Of a stretch of DNA of 64,000 bases, positions 28,740-41,899 are shown piece after piece. A program made the translations under genes and the position numbers. The stretch comes from Blasia pusilla (Eukaryota): positions 34,100,001 through 34,164,000 of the forward strand of contig CM114271.1 in assembly GCA_050084515.1 (NCBI GenBank). Reading direction: 5' to 3'. The notes under the pieces are model-generated. The model was not told the origin of the DNA. It was given only the letters and a program-made list of their open reading frames with translations, and did not search any database. The stretch's first letter is position 1; every line of letters begins with the position of its first letter.

Positions 28740-30675
28740 CATAGATCATGCAAAATCGAACGAGCAAGTAAAGCTTGCTTGGGCAGCCAATGGGGGTAAG
28801 AAATCTATGGCAAAGGCCATTGCCACATCCAACCGGACATGTGAGGTTGCACTCTTGACTTTATTCAAGTGTGCATATTTTCTTGCAAAGGAGGCCATGC
28901 CCTTCTCAAAATTCACGGCTCTTTGTAAATTGTTGCTTGCTGTGAATGCACCTATCACCATGGACCTTTATCAAGATGAAAAGAGTAGTAGTGACATTTG
29001 TTTATTCATTAGCCAAATTTTGATGAAGAAGACTCTAGCTAGAGTTCAATCATCTCCTTTCTTTGGGATTTTGATGGACGAATTTATAGATATTTTGGTG
29101 ACAGGGCATTTAGTTGTGTTTGCAACATTCATAGAAGAGGGTCACGTTGAGTATTGTTTTCTAGGGTTGATTCGTTGTGAATCTAAATGTTCTAATACTA
29201 TCACTAACACTTTGTTGGAGTTTATGAAAGATTGAGGGCCAGAGTATACCAAAATGGTTGGATTTGGTTCAGATGGGGCCTCTACAATGGTAGGTAGCCA
29301 AATTGGGGTAGCTTCTCAATTGAAGCAAAAGGTAAACCCTTTTCTGCTCTCTGTGCATTGTGCAGCGCACAGAACCAATCTTGCGGCTTTAACAGCAGCA
29401 AGAGCACCTGATTGTAAAGTCATTTCAACATAAATTGATTCTATTTTGAATGCCTTAGTAGGGTATTTCAAAAGGTCATCAAAGAGGAAAGCTAACCTAG
29501 CATCACTTCAAGTAAAGTTGAATGACTCTCAACGAGTCATGAAGAGGTATCATAAAATAAGATGGTTGTCATGCTTGCACGCTGTATGTACATTGTGTGA
29601 TTCGCTTGAGTCTATACTGACATACTTTAGGGATATTTCCCCTTTAGAAGATGACGGCAAGGCCTCAAATTTATACAACAAGTCAAGATCATTCCAAATG
29701 ATCTATTAGTTATATTTTTTAGCTGATATTCTTTCCAACCTTGCTAACTTGAGCAAGATTTTCCAATACAAGTTTGTTGACGTTAGTACTATTGGCAGCA
29801 TTGTTACTTCTGAGATTTCTTCTATTACCATGAATTTTGTGATGGAAAGTCGAGATTTGAATCCATCCATATTTTCAGAAGAAACAGGTTATCACATCCT
29901 ACCTGATTTTGGTCCCCCCGATGGATATCTTAGACCTTTGCAATCCGAGATTAGGGGTTATAAGTTTCATAGCATAGAAATGTTGAGAGAACGTACATGC
30001 AGGGATTTGGAATCTGCTCTCTTATTTCAGAAGTCATATGCTGAAAGTCTTTGCTTAACATTGCAAGAAAGATTTAGGGATAACAATCTTATTGGTGCAA
30101 TGAGGATTTTGAACCCATTGCACATGCCCTTCTGACAAGTTGGGTTAAATAGTTGGGGATGTAAGGACTTGGAAGATTTGTGTGCATATTTTGGGTGTGA
30201 GTTACCATTGAGGGGACATCTCCAACCCTCTGTCATAAATTCTGCTGCTGTGAAGCAAGAATTTTAGTCATTCAAGTTGATGGCTACAACCGAGTGGAAA
30301 GATCATAATTTTTGAGATTTAGGGGCAATGGTGAGTTGGAGCCCCACTTTACAATGTAAGTTTGCTAACTTGCTTGTTTTGGCTAATGTTGCAAGGGTTC
30401 AATGTGTTAGCAATGCCATATGTGAGAGGGCTTTTTCAATTCAGAATTTGATTAAGACTAAGACTCGTAATCGACTCGATACTAAACATCTAGATGTTGT
30501 ATCAAGGATTGCTTTAGAAGGACCTACAAGTGACTATGACGCCATGTTGTTTGAATATGTCATATTATGGAAGACTTCTGCTAATTTTAGGTACTTGTAT
30601 TCTAATCCCGATCAATACATGAACCCTCAAGCAGAAACAAAATGTGGCGCCCCATCTCTTGACTTGCTAGGTTGA
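28740..30675 (+). pseudogene. hAT transposase (ZNF862/DUF4371-like) pseudogene
   Basis: FFGILMDE, GFGSDGASTMVG, SVHCAAHRTNL, IRWLS, and the dimerization-domain motif VSNAICERAFSIQNLIKTKTRNRL. Several in-frame stops (e.g. 29233, 29707, 30133). Confidence 0.88.
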
Positions 30676-32697
30676 TGTGTGTTTTGTTTTGTAGGACTTA
30701 GAGCTCTTCTATAACACTTGGAGCTTAGAAACTCCAAGTATTATAGAAGGGCATGATCCTTGGCTCCCAACTGGTGGGGAGGCTTGGCCAGGTTTAACTC
30801 CTGCCGGGGATATCTCAAGGTAGAGAGCATAACATTTCCTTCATGTAAATTTTGGAAGGGAAGATTTTGGAAGGGAGGTTTTGCTCCAAGATAAAAGGGC
30901 ACAAGGTAGATGATGAGGTTAAGGTAAAAAGAAAATAAAAAGTGAAATTAAAGAGAGAAAAGGTGAAGGAAAGAAAGAAAAAAGGCTTGTTACATATATG
31001 CCGGAAATTGGCAGCCGTCTCGGAAAACACATCTGCCGGAAATCGTCCGCTGGCTGGGAAAAAAACCGGAAACTAGATGGGTCCATTTCCAAAGTACCAG
31101 AAACACAATGGGTACCTTTTGAAAAAATTCGGATTAAAACTGTGTGAAAAAATATGAACCATTTTTTAACTCTCTTGTTTAAATAATACCAGCCATGACC
31201 AGCTAGGGAAAAAAAAACCGACATGATAGTCTAAAGAGCAGTAATCGGCTGACAAATTAAAAAAATCTCCCCGGACCTTGGTGTAGGGGTGTCTATTATT
31301 CCAACGACAAGGGAGATCTAATCAATCTCATCTTCCTCTTGCTATACAAGTAATTCTACCCTCTTGCAATCCATTGATTATGGAATAACCATACGGACTT
31401 TAATACCATATCTCTCGGAACTTGCACTATATCAACTTTTCTTGTATTCTTTATGAGGCATCCTCTATCACTCATCAAGCTCGTCTATGTTGATATGCGG
31501 GCAGGGGAGTAGGGAAAGTCTGCTTATTCTTCCATTTTTTCTTCCTCAACGTATATTCTTGACAGCTTTGCGGTCATGACTTCCACTTCCTCATCCTTCT
31601 CAACGAGATGTGTCGGAGGATGTATATGGGAAAGGGAGGCCACTTATGCAAAGTATTGATTAAAAATTCACAAATATTAAAAAATGTATAACTTAAAAAA
31701 ATCCTCCACGAAAAAAAAATGAGAATATAGTTTGAAAAATTTTCACAACAAAATAACTCAAAAAACAAGCATCACATACTCCCGAACATCTCCAAGCAAC
31801 CATAAAGCTGCCACGTACCCATCGGTATAGAAACCTATCCTGTGTGTCCAGTGGCCATTGGACTTCGCCCGACAGCGTGGAAGTGACGTGGAGTTGAGAG
31901 ATATTTGGTCTGCCAGATGTCGGCGATCGAGAAGGAGTACCGTTCTCCAGTACAAAATAAACCTTAAAGCTCTCATCTTTTTCTGTACAGTACAGTTCAG
32001 TATAGTACAACCCCTAAGGACGAGTGTGTGGTACAAACGCACGTACCACTGGTTACAACAGCCCGAGCGGACTAACCGCTCCCCGCCAGCTGTCTCTCTA
32101 TCGGTCATGATGATCCTAGGGCTCCAGTCCCATGAGACGGACGTTCGCTCCTCTGCATCCGTTCCAAGCTCCGGGGATCTTTCAGGTAAGCCGGTCTGGA
32201 ACGGTCTTTTGTCAATTTCAACGAAATATAAAACCGGTGCGTTAATATATTGTAACATAATATACCGAGAAAAAACAAGCGATTGTATGCAGAGGTGCCA
32301 TAAGAAATACCTCGTTTAACTTAGCAGAAAATAATGGTATTATAATATTATCATTAAGAAAGATCGTAAACTCGCCCAATTTTCTAGTATTGATGTTTGA
32401 GTTTTCATTCTTTTATTTTGGGCAATGTAGTTGGTTGGGAGTCATTCAATCACGTTTATCAATTATCAATCGTTAGTGTCACTTCTTTTTTATATATACT
32501 AAGGAAAATATTAATATAAAATGAAAAAACTTTTTTTTTATTTTGGTGGGAAAGAATATTCTCTCTAAATTTTGGAAAAGAAATTTTGAAATTTTTGTTG
32601 GGTTTTAATAAGGGGCATGGGATTTTTTGTTTTTTCCCAAAATTTAGGATGGAAACGATGTGATTTTCTCTCAAAGTGAGGGAGAAGATTTTTCATA

Positions 32698-33747
32698 TCT
32701 ATATTATTAAAATAGGACGGGGTTTGATGTCTTAGCCTTAGGACACGTGAGGGGGAGGGGTATTCAAGTAGTAAGCCTGTTTGAATTTTATTATTTAAAC
32801 CACACTAGATGGGTAGAAATATTTCAAGTAGAAAAAATCAAAGGATTTTAATAAATAGAAAAATATATTGTATAAGTATTAATAATTTTTTAATATTATA
32901 CTGGTGGGATTATAAATATTAATAGAATGGAATATTTTGGATTAAAAAATTTTATAATTTTTTCTTAATTCACATGTGATGGAAAGGGAAAATTTTAATG
33001 GATAAGGAATAGATCAAATTTCATGGAAGGTTAAAATTATTTAGAGGATTAGGATATCATTTAAATTTGAATGGAGTACTGTACTTACTTAAAAGGGTGA
33101 AATTTTACTATTCTTCTAAGATTTTAGAAAATAATAACTATATTAAAAATTTTAAATAATTTATTTTATTATTTAAAATTAATCGTATAGTTCACATGTG
33201 ATATTTTGGGAAAAGAAAGTAAATCTGAATGGAAAAGGAAAATAATTTAATAAAAAAAAAAAATTTTTTAGTAAATGTGATTCTGGTAGAAAGAGTGGAA
33301 GGGGATGAATCATTTTTGTTTGAACTTTTAGGGAGAAATGTAATTATTTAGGGGAGATGGATATCATTTAAAGGTGATTTTCTTACTCTTCTAAGATTTA
33401 TAAGAGTGGAAATTACACCTAAATTTTGAAATGAAATATATTAAAAAAAATTAACATAATTTTTTGAAAATGTCATCGACATCTGTTTATAAGCTATTCT
33501 ATTGAGAAAACTATGCTAGGCTTGCATGGCACGGGCAACATCTACATTCTTATGGGAGAGTGCCTTCTTGATTTGCAAACACCTCACCTCTCTGTTTGAC
33601 ACCTGAAAATGTGTCTCCTTATGCACGCAGCGTTAAAAAAATTTGAATTTGTGTGTTGCATCATTAATCCCTTCCATTTACAAATAATACACTAAAAAAA
33701 ATTTCAAATTTTTTTTATTCCTGTCCATCACATGAGCACCTTACTAG
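32698..33747 (+). mobile_element. Possible non-autonomous Helitron
   Basis: A|TCTATATTATTAAAAT 5' end at 32698, AT-rich body, decayed GC hairpin GCTTGCATGGCACGGGC (~33520-33536), and CTAG|T at 33744-33748. The hairpin-to-end spacing is too long unless there is a secondary insert. Confidence 0.35.
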
Positions 33748-34131
33748 TTTTTTCAAATAAGGGTATTTCAAATCATATTCTCAATAATTGTGTCCAACTC
33801 ACTTTACAAAACCTACTTATGTTACAAAGTCCAAATTCATGGACATATCCTATTCCATGCGAGGAAAAATATAATAATTTTCTTTGTTGCCCCATTCAAG
33901 TTTAGGTTTGAAGATCTATGGTTTATAGTCTAAGGTGATAAACGTATTTTGCATCTCTAGTCCAAAAGTACTTGAATTTACCACATTTAGCAAAATTGGT
34001 GATTTTCTTTGAGCCAAAAAATCCAACAGTAATTGGGAATATTTCGAGATCAAATTTCCATCGTGGAAATTTTGAGATTTTCTTCATTTCAAAAATTCCG
34101 AATATAATATTTATATTATAATTCCTTATAT

Positions 34132-34499
34132 TGTCATGACCATACGGATTATGTCGTAGAGTACAGTGTGTTAGTAGAGGCCATTCCTTATGTAGGACCG
34201 TAGTGGCTTGGTAGAGATGCGGTTTCATACATAGGGTTGGGGGTTACTCAATTGGGGGTGACTTTCCCAATAGGGCCCGCTCTTAGGTTGGAGGATATAA
34301 GGTGGAGTGCACTCAAAGAACAGTCAGTTCTTTGAGTTGAGCCTGTTGCGTTGGGAGTTAGCCTTGGTAGTGAGTAGAGCTCTTGGCTATAGTGTTTCCC
34401 GCAAGCTTCGACTTAGATTCTCCCATCATGGAGTGGGTTTGGCTCGATTGTATGTGATTCTATACGTGTTTTATGACAGTAGGTCTTTCACGGATTTCA
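34132..34499 (+). repeat. Repeat A1 (368 bp; distal U3-R-U5 part of the LTR)
   Basis: Matches 43477-43844 with 9 substitutions by manual alignment. Contains TATAA at 34296 and Inr-like TCAGT at 34324-34328. Confidence 0.95.
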
Positions 34500-34509
34500 C
34501 TCAAAGAAC
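34499..34509 (+). promoter_or_regulatory. Self-priming primer-binding site (Tf1-like)
   Basis: ACTCAAAGAAC at the LTR end is the exact complement of GTTCTTTGAGT (34327-34337) at the predicted transcript 5' end. There is no TGG tRNA-type PBS. Confidence 0.75.
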
Positions 34510-35961
34510 AGGAGTAGATCGATGGTAGTTTCGATTGTGGTTCAATAGGATCTGGTTAGGGCTGATTGTGTACTCAGCCGTGGATGTTCGTGGCTTATGG
34601 CCTATGTTGGAGGTATGAATCTGGTGCGTGGTAGGGTTGCGAAAGAAGCGCCTTGCTGAGAGCTTTCCAACGCGCTTTAGATCGCCGGATTTTGTCAAGG
34701 GAGTTGGAAGTTATCAAGGATTGAAGATTCTGGTTCGTGTTCGACGGTTTTTTGATGTGGAGAGCTTGGAGTGCGGAAGCTCTGTTGAAGTTCATCCAGA
34801 TCGGGTGAGAGGTTCCTATTGCTACTTGTATTGTAATCTCATGTGAAGCTATCTGCTTGAGTGTGTGGAGTGTTGCGGATTTCTGCGTGCATGAAACTTG
34901 GCGGAAGCGCTGTCGGATTTGCGATTCTGGAGGTGTATGGACAGCAAGTTTGTCTGTGTTGTAGCTGTTTTTTGTGGAGAGATAGCTATGGTGGTCAATT
35001 GAATTCTGGTCAAAACAGATTTGATTTTGGTCACGGATTTGTGAAGTAATTGGTGATCGAAATTTTGCGGACTAGCTCAAGGTCCGGCTATGGTGGACAG
35101 CGGATCGGAGGGGCTGGTTGGTTAGTGACTCGTTCATTGTTGGAGACTCCTATCCCGTTGGGGGCGCGCTGGTTGGGCCTCTCTCCATAGCGAAAATGGC
35201 GAAGCGTGGCGATAGGGGCATGTCTCGAGCATTTCTCGGCGTTTTGAGGCTTCGAGGCAACTTGTGGTAACTCGGGGCGAGTGGGCGTGAGAGTCGGAGT
35301 AAGGAGCAAGGAGCAAGCAAGCAAGCTTGCTTGCTTGGGCGTGAGGCAATTTTTGCAGGATTTGTGATTTGAGTGTTGCATAACTGGTCACCTATCTTTG
35401 GGCTATTCTTCTTGGAGGACGCTTAGCTGCTGAGTTCTTAACTATGCCAGTGTACACACTGTTGTATCTCATTTGGTGCTGTTCGGAGATGTGTTAGGCG
35501 CTTTATGCATCTCAGGTTTTTGGTTGATGTACCTCTAGCACATAGTACAGTGTAGCCTCTCCATGCAGGTGATATTTTCAGGTGTTGCGAGTTCGACTAG
35601 CACGTTATCGACCCGCGGCGGAGTAGCTATTGCGTTAGAATTGTGTGGTGGGTTTTGTGGATTCAAGGGGCACCACGTTTGGTGGATTATGTTACCTTGA
35701 TTTCCATTTGCGATTGGAGGGTTGTCGTTGGACTTCCTGTGTTTGGATCCCCTCCATCGTTGCTTCTTGCTTGCGCGCCCATTGTTAGGGTTGACGTTGA
35801 TTTCCAAAGTAGTCTTACTCTTGTGTGCTATCGATAGTGAGGTTGGAGTGATAACCAATAGACCGTGGGAGGCTTCTTGTGGTGATGAAAGTTAGTTTGC
35901 CTACACCCATAGCTAGTAGAGCTAGAATAGTATAGCGACATCGACGTCACTTGGTTACTTA

Positions 35962-37540
35962 ATGGTGGTAATTTGGTGGTGGTGCGGCATCGGCGTTGGT
36001 CATCACGGAGTTGTCGGGTGGTCTGGTTGGGGACCGTGGTGCGGACAGTGGTGGTTTCACACGGAGTGGATTTAGGTATCGGCTACCTTTTCCACTTCCG
36101 ACGGTTGATGAAGAGGAGGACGAGGGTGTTCCAAACACCGAGTCTTCTACATTGTTATCGAGTGTTGGAGCTCCATTGATTTGGGACATGGACGGGATAT
36201 ATGGGGCCATGAAGGGCCCACGAAGATACTCGGGTGCAGTGGGCACCATTGAGTTGGAGGACTTCATGCACGAGTTTGATACGTGGTGTGATATGCAAAT
36301 GTTGGGGAACGCCACGTTGTTTACACCCTTCTTGGCTTGGAAGGGGTTGTTTCAGCACTTGGAAGGACCACCCATGGATGATAACCATGAGTTTAGGAAG
36401 GACCATGTTGCTGAGATTGAGGCGTGGAGACAATATTGGTCTCCAGGCTATGTGTCTATCACCCATGGTGGTATTGGTAGTAGTGCTCCTACTATGCCAG
36501 CCAGCCCGATGTTGAGTGGTACGAGTACGAGCCGGAGTGGGGGTACCAGTGGAGGTACCCATGGAGGTACTAGTGGGGGTACTAGTGCCCCACCATCGTT
36601 CAGCCCGGTGGCAGAGTTCTTCAAGAGGTTGAAGAAAACTATCAGGGAGTGAAGACAGAAAAGTTGAGGAGTCTTTAGGAATTTGAGCGAAAGACTGGTG
36701 AGAGTCTTCGTGAGGCATACACTCGTATGCAACGTTTGATTTTAGTTACCCAGAGTGTGACTGAGGCTCAGGCAATCCTGTTTTGGTATGGGATCTTGGA
36801 CAAAGATTTGCGCCGTAGGGTACGTGATGTTACTCTTATGAGTGATGATTCACCCACATTGACCCATGTGTTTGCTCTATTTGAGAAGATTGAGCTTAAC
36901 ATGGTGAAGGAGAGAATGGTGACATCCGGCATTCAGTAGGGATACAACTACTACTTCTCGTGTTCAACAGCCCACCTCACAGTCTCGTAATAGTGGTGGT
37001 GGTAGTAGTAGTGGGAGTCGTGGGGGGTACACACGACCTCAGTCAGGTCCAAGAGGGACACTTGCGCAGAGACCATTGCCTTCATTTGCTGCCCGCAGAA
37101 GGGCGATCATGTTGGACATGTGGAGGTGATCATGTTAGGAAGTTTTGTCCCCAAGAGGATGGGAGACGGACTTTGGAGGATGGGCCTCAGTTGGCCCCAA
37201 CTCAGTGTGATCATTGCGGGAGACCAGGTCATCCTCGAGAGCGTTGCTTTGATCTTCATCCAGAGTTGAGATCAGGCCGCGGCCGTGGTGGAGTAGCTCC
37301 GAGAGGCCGAGGTGGTAAAGGTGGTAGGGGTGGTAGAGGTGGACCGGTGGTTGAGAGCCTCACGGTGGCTACCCCTACCACTACGACAGAGTCAGCTATG
37401 GTCGCAGGATTGAGTGATTGGAGCGGAAGTTGGCTACTATGGTCGGGTATCCAACATAGATCAGGTTCAGGAGCAAGGGCTTTCACCTCTTATGGAGGGG
37501 ATGATCTCTCTTATATGGCGAGTGCAAAAGACAAAGGTTG
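35962..37540 (+). pseudogene. gag (capsid-like region, CCHC zinc knuckles, RGG tract), frameshifted
   Basis: PRRYSGAVGTIELEDFMHEFDTWC, CWTCGGDHVRKFC, CDHCGRPGHPRERC, GRGGKGGRGGRGG. Confidence 0.8.
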
Positions 37541-38010
37541 AGGCATCACTGCGATTCTGAGAGGAGCCACTCAAGCGTCGAGCCACGTGGTGCTCTTGTG
37601 GAGTTGGACCCACAGAGGGGTGAGGCGGGAGGCGAGGCTAGGCTTCCCAGTCATTCTTGTTGTCCGAGGTGCTTAGGACTCCATCCATGGTTCCCCACGC
37701 ACCCTATTGAGCCGCAGTGGGGACCGAGGCATCTACATCGCATGTAGTAGACACGGATGCAAAGATCCATCGGCAAGATTATGTGCGGATGGCAACTTCA
37801 GCGTTGGGATCCCCATTATTTTCGCCACGGAGTCGATGGCTTTAGGAGTTGACTTAGCTCTCAGTATTTCAGCTAGCACCACATTGTATGAACGTGGGGT
37901 GTTATTCGCTACACGTGCTCGAGGTGGATGAGGGTGTTGCGGTGGAGCGACCCTCTATGTCAGGTGTAGTATTGAGTACCAGTGCTACTTGACAGGCAAC
38001 AGCGGCGAAG

Positions 38011-38520
38011 ATGGATGCATTACCAGCCCGGCCAGCCATTGATCGTGAGAGGCTTACACTTGGTGTATGTATGTTGGACAAATGGAGTGGGATATTCCGA
38101 TTTGTGAGTCCTACAGGACAGGTGTATAGACCAGATAGAGTCTTGTTAGACTCTGGTGCCCAACCTTTGATGTTGGGAAAGGCGGCATGTATTGGTTTGG
38201 GTATTTGGAGGTCAGAGCTTGAGCCTTGCCCATTCCAGATTCAAACATTACTTGGAGGAGCCAATGATAGATCTCAATTCATGACATGGGAGAAGTTTTC
38301 TGTACAGTTGAGACCAGATCATGCGACTAATAGCTCCCGGTTGGGAGTATCTTCGGTAGTCACATCAGCCGAGTCGTATGATGTACTAGTTGGAGGAGCA
38401 GTATTGTACCCGATGGGTTTTCATATGGATTACTGGACTGAGACAGCGTCTTATAGACCTGGTTGGCAGTCCGGGGATGGACGTATGAGCCAAGTTCCTG
38501 TGAGATTTATTTATGGGGCT
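38011..38520 (+). pseudogene. Retroviral-type aspartic protease domain
   Basis: RVLLDSGAQPLMLG ... YDVLVG (D-S-G active site and D-x-L-x-G motif). Confidence 0.8.
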
Positions 38521-38874
38521 CAACCAGGAGGGTCTTCCCCAAGAGTGTTAGCATCTGTGGCTGGTTTTAGTGGAGTAGTCACTTGGCCAGGAGACTTTTT
38601 GGAGGGTAATGTTTCTGCTATGGATTCTCCTACGCATGAGGAGGTAAAGGAGGTCCCTATTTTTGCAGCCGTGGCATCCTCATCGTTGGATGTGCCACTT
38701 TGGAGTTCAGGCGGTGCACTACGGCAGGAGGCTGATCGCCTAGTGCAGAAGGCTTGGTGTGAGGCTGTTATACCTCACGAGGAAGAGGAGGCCCCACGGC
38801 GGACTCCAACTTCTGGTCCAGTTGGGTTATCCCCTTTGGATACTACACCCATTCTATGGCAGTATCCGCTGGAG

Positions 38875-39830
38875 GGCATTTGTGTGTTAGATCTCTTTGG
38901 TGGGATTAGCACTGGTTTGGCTGCAGTGTTGGAGGCCGATATTCCTGTGCGGAGATACGTGTATGTGGAGCGAGATGAGACGTCCCAGAGAGTCTCATCC
39001 CGACATATTGGTCAGTTGATGCGGAGATATCCTGAGTTGTTGCCGCCATCAGCTATTCGTGGGTACCAAAGTGCTTTGCCATCACACATTGCATTTTTTG
39101 GGGGCGCAGGACCTTGAGAGGGTTGGTCTGTGGATTTGGTGATTGTTGGATGGCCATGTCAGGATCATACACGTGCAGGTCGTGGTGAGGGATTACACGA
39201 CCCTAGGTCTCGATTGTTTTGGGAGATGTTACGGATGTTACGACATCTTCAGGTTCATTAGGCACGTGCTCCAGCTTACATTCTGGAGAATGTTCCATTG
39301 TTGGGTGACACTCGGACCCGGATGATGGCGAGTGTTCATGAGGTGCGGTCTTGGATTGGACCAGCGGTGTTGTTGGATGCAGCGCGAGTTGGCTCGCGTG
39401 CACATCGTCCACGCTTGTGGTGGACAAACTTGTTGCCTAGGGAGGTTCTACGTCGACCATATGATGCAGTGCAGCGGGATCCTTGCCTTACCGTGGATAG
39501 TATCTTGGATACTGGGCGACTTTCTCAAGTGGTGAGGGTTATTGATTAGTCACCCATGGCAGTGGTGAACCGTGTGGGCCAGCCTAGGATGGCACTACCC
39601 ACATTTGTGAGTTTTCCCTCGTCACATGCCTACAGGGAAGGTGGTCCGGGGCTTGTATGGGATTCTCATGCGGCGATTGGTGGAGCCTAACGCTGATGAG
39701 AAAGAGCGTGCGATGGGATTTGCTACTGGTGTGACAGTGGTTGCTTCTATTTCTGAGGCTTCACGACGTCATGTGTTGGGTCAGGCCATGGACCTGAATT
39801 GTTTGACTTGGATTTTGAGTCTTGGTATGG
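38875..39830 (+). pseudogene. C5-cytosine DNA methyltransferase (DNMT) domain inside pol
   Basis: Motif I VLDLFGGISTG (38884), II YVYVERDE, IV DLVIVGWPCQD (PCQ 39154-39162), VI ILENVP (ENV 39286-39294), VIII AHRPRLWWTN, IX ERAMGF and X LGQAMDLN, in canonical order. Disrupted by stops (39115, 39259, ~39547) and frameshifts. Confidence 0.92.
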
Positions 39831-40209
39831 CCGAGCAACGTCGACTTCGGACTACGTCTGTGGGTCTTCCACCCCTTGTAATGAGCTCGATGGCTATTGG
39901 GACGGTAGAGGCATCGGCTGGGGGCGAGGAGAATAGTATTTTGCATCCTTGGAGTAAATGGGATGTAATGGCTGGGCATGTGGAGTTGGTTGCTCATGTT
40001 GGTGGAGGAGTTATTTGCTCAGATGATGGTGTAGCTAAGGGTGTACCATCTTGTGAGGGGGTTATGAGTGACCAATGGCATCATCCTCTCCCTCTAGTGT
40101 GCCAGTGGAGGAGACTTGGGAGCCATTACTTGGGCCCAAGCTTACGGGAGGTGAGAAACGACGCTTGACATAGTTCCTACGTGCTTATAGGAGTTGTTTT
40201 GCCTTTTGC

Positions 40210-41560
40210 ATGAAGGAGTTGGGTTCTCTGGTTGGACCCGGTATACGGATTGATTTGGCTAGTGATACGCCAATCTTCCGTCGTCCCTACCGATATAGTG
40301 ATATGGAGAGGGACCTGATTCATAGTAGGACGTTGGACCTTTTGGAGGCTGGATTAGTGGAGTTGTCGCATGAAGAGTATGCATCGCCCATGTATCATGT
40401 CATGCTCGCTAAAAAGGATATGCATGGCAACTACACGGATAGGCGGATGTGTGGAGATTATCGTCCTATCAATCGGCAAACCAAGGCCGATAGGTATGCC
40501 ATGCCTACACCGAGGAGATCTTTGATGTGGTGGGACAGCAAAGATTTTCAGTACTTTGGATCTTCAGCAGGATATCATCAATTGCCGATTTGGGAGAGTG
40601 ACAAGGCCAAGACAGCATTTTGGGGTGTCAACTCTCATGGCAAGGATTGTTTGTACCAGTGGAAATTCTTACCCTTTGGGTTGAAGAATGCATCTTCCGA
40701 GTTTCAGAGAGTGATGGACAGGATCCTAGGAGGGTTGGATTTTGTTCGGTGTTACATTGATGATATCTTGGTGTTCAGTAACACGGTGGAGGAGCATCAG
40801 ATACATTTGCAGATGGTGTTTGAGCGGTTGAAAGCTCATGGTCTACGTTTGCATCCAGGAAAGTGTAAGTTCTTCCATGAGGATGTTGAGCACTTGGGTC
40901 ATGTGATCTATCCAGGTGGTTTGGGAGTTCAGCAAGCAAAGGTGGAGGCTATTGCACTTATTCCGCATCCGATAGATGTGAGTAGAGTTTGGGCATTCAT
41001 GGGATTGGCGAACTACTATCGGAGGTATGTGAAGGGATTTAGTGCTATGGCAAAGCCTTTGAACCAATTGCTGAAATCAGATCAAGAGTGGCACTGGGGA
41101 GATGATCAAGAGAGAGCTTTTGTGGAGCTTAAGGCCCAATTGGTGGCGGCGCCTATCTTGAGGAGACCTATCGAGGCGCCCATTTAGTTACACACTGATT
41201 GGACTACGTTGGGACTTGGAGCGGTGTTGACACAACATGATGATGAGCACATGGAGTTTGTGGTGGCCTATGCAAGTTGTTCGAATAATGCAGCGGAGTC
41301 GCGCTATAGTTCATATGACGGAGAGTGCTTGGCAGTAGTGTGGGCTGTGGCACACTTTAGGTGTTACTTGTTTGGCACATAGTTTACCCTTGTTACTGAT
41401 CACCAGCTGCTCAAGTGGTTGATGGAGTCTGACAAGCTTACAGGGGAAGCTTGCACGGTGGCTCTCTTATCTTACAGAGTATGACTTCCGGGTGGTACAT
41501 AGACCTGGAGTTGCCAACCTTGATGCTGATGGGTTGAGTAGGAACCCATGTACTAGCCAA
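40210..41560 (+). pseudogene. Reverse transcriptase + RNase H (Ty3 type)
   Basis: RMCGDYRPIN, LPFGLKNA, CYIDDILVFS (YIDD 40753-40764), HTDWTTLGLGAVL, TDHQLLKWL, NLDADGLSR. Confidence 0.95.
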
Positions 41561-41899
41561 GAGGATACAACTGGGGCTAGATGGCATGGCAAGGTTGATG
41601 AGGAGATGGTGCCAGGTTGGTATGCATCCGCCTTTTTATGTTGGTTAGGGGTGGACTCTAGTATGGAGGATCACATGATATCTTACTCTAGTCAGAGGGT
41701 AGATGGCCACCCTTCAAATCCTAAGGTTGGAGATGGTGGTAGGGATCAGCGTGATATTCATGATGATGCGTTGGTGTTGGAGTTCCTACGGACCAGTAGG
41801 GTGCCATGCATAGTGAGTGCCAAGGAGCGAGACCGTGTTCTTCAACGTGCTAAGAGGTATCGATTGGAGGGAACACATATTCTCCGCGTGTGGGAGGAT

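Larger units (their letters stand above)
27298..31280 (+). mobile_element. hAT DNA transposon with 8-bp TSD
   Basis: Exact 8-bp TSD GTGTAGGG at 27290-27297 and 31281-31288. Imperfect TIRs CAATGAACAAGGAGAT / CAAGGTCCGGGGAGAT (reverse complement) match at 11/16. Confidence 0.85.
24420..31640 (+). pseudogene. Highly decayed non-LTR (LINE) reverse transcriptase relic, interrupted by a hAT element and smaller inserts
   Basis: Motifs GTHQGDPMG (~26250-26276), IAHDTHIIGP (YADD-equivalent, ~26638), ILGVPIG (~26831) and LPIYFGGLG (~27137). Sequence of similar character resumes after the hAT TSD at 31289. Boundaries are approximate. Confidence 0.6.

Noticed and set aside
38875-39830. Host DNMT3/DRM gene or bacterial contamination
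   Set aside because: It is intronless, fused within pol, lies between the element's repeats, and recurs in a second TE family.
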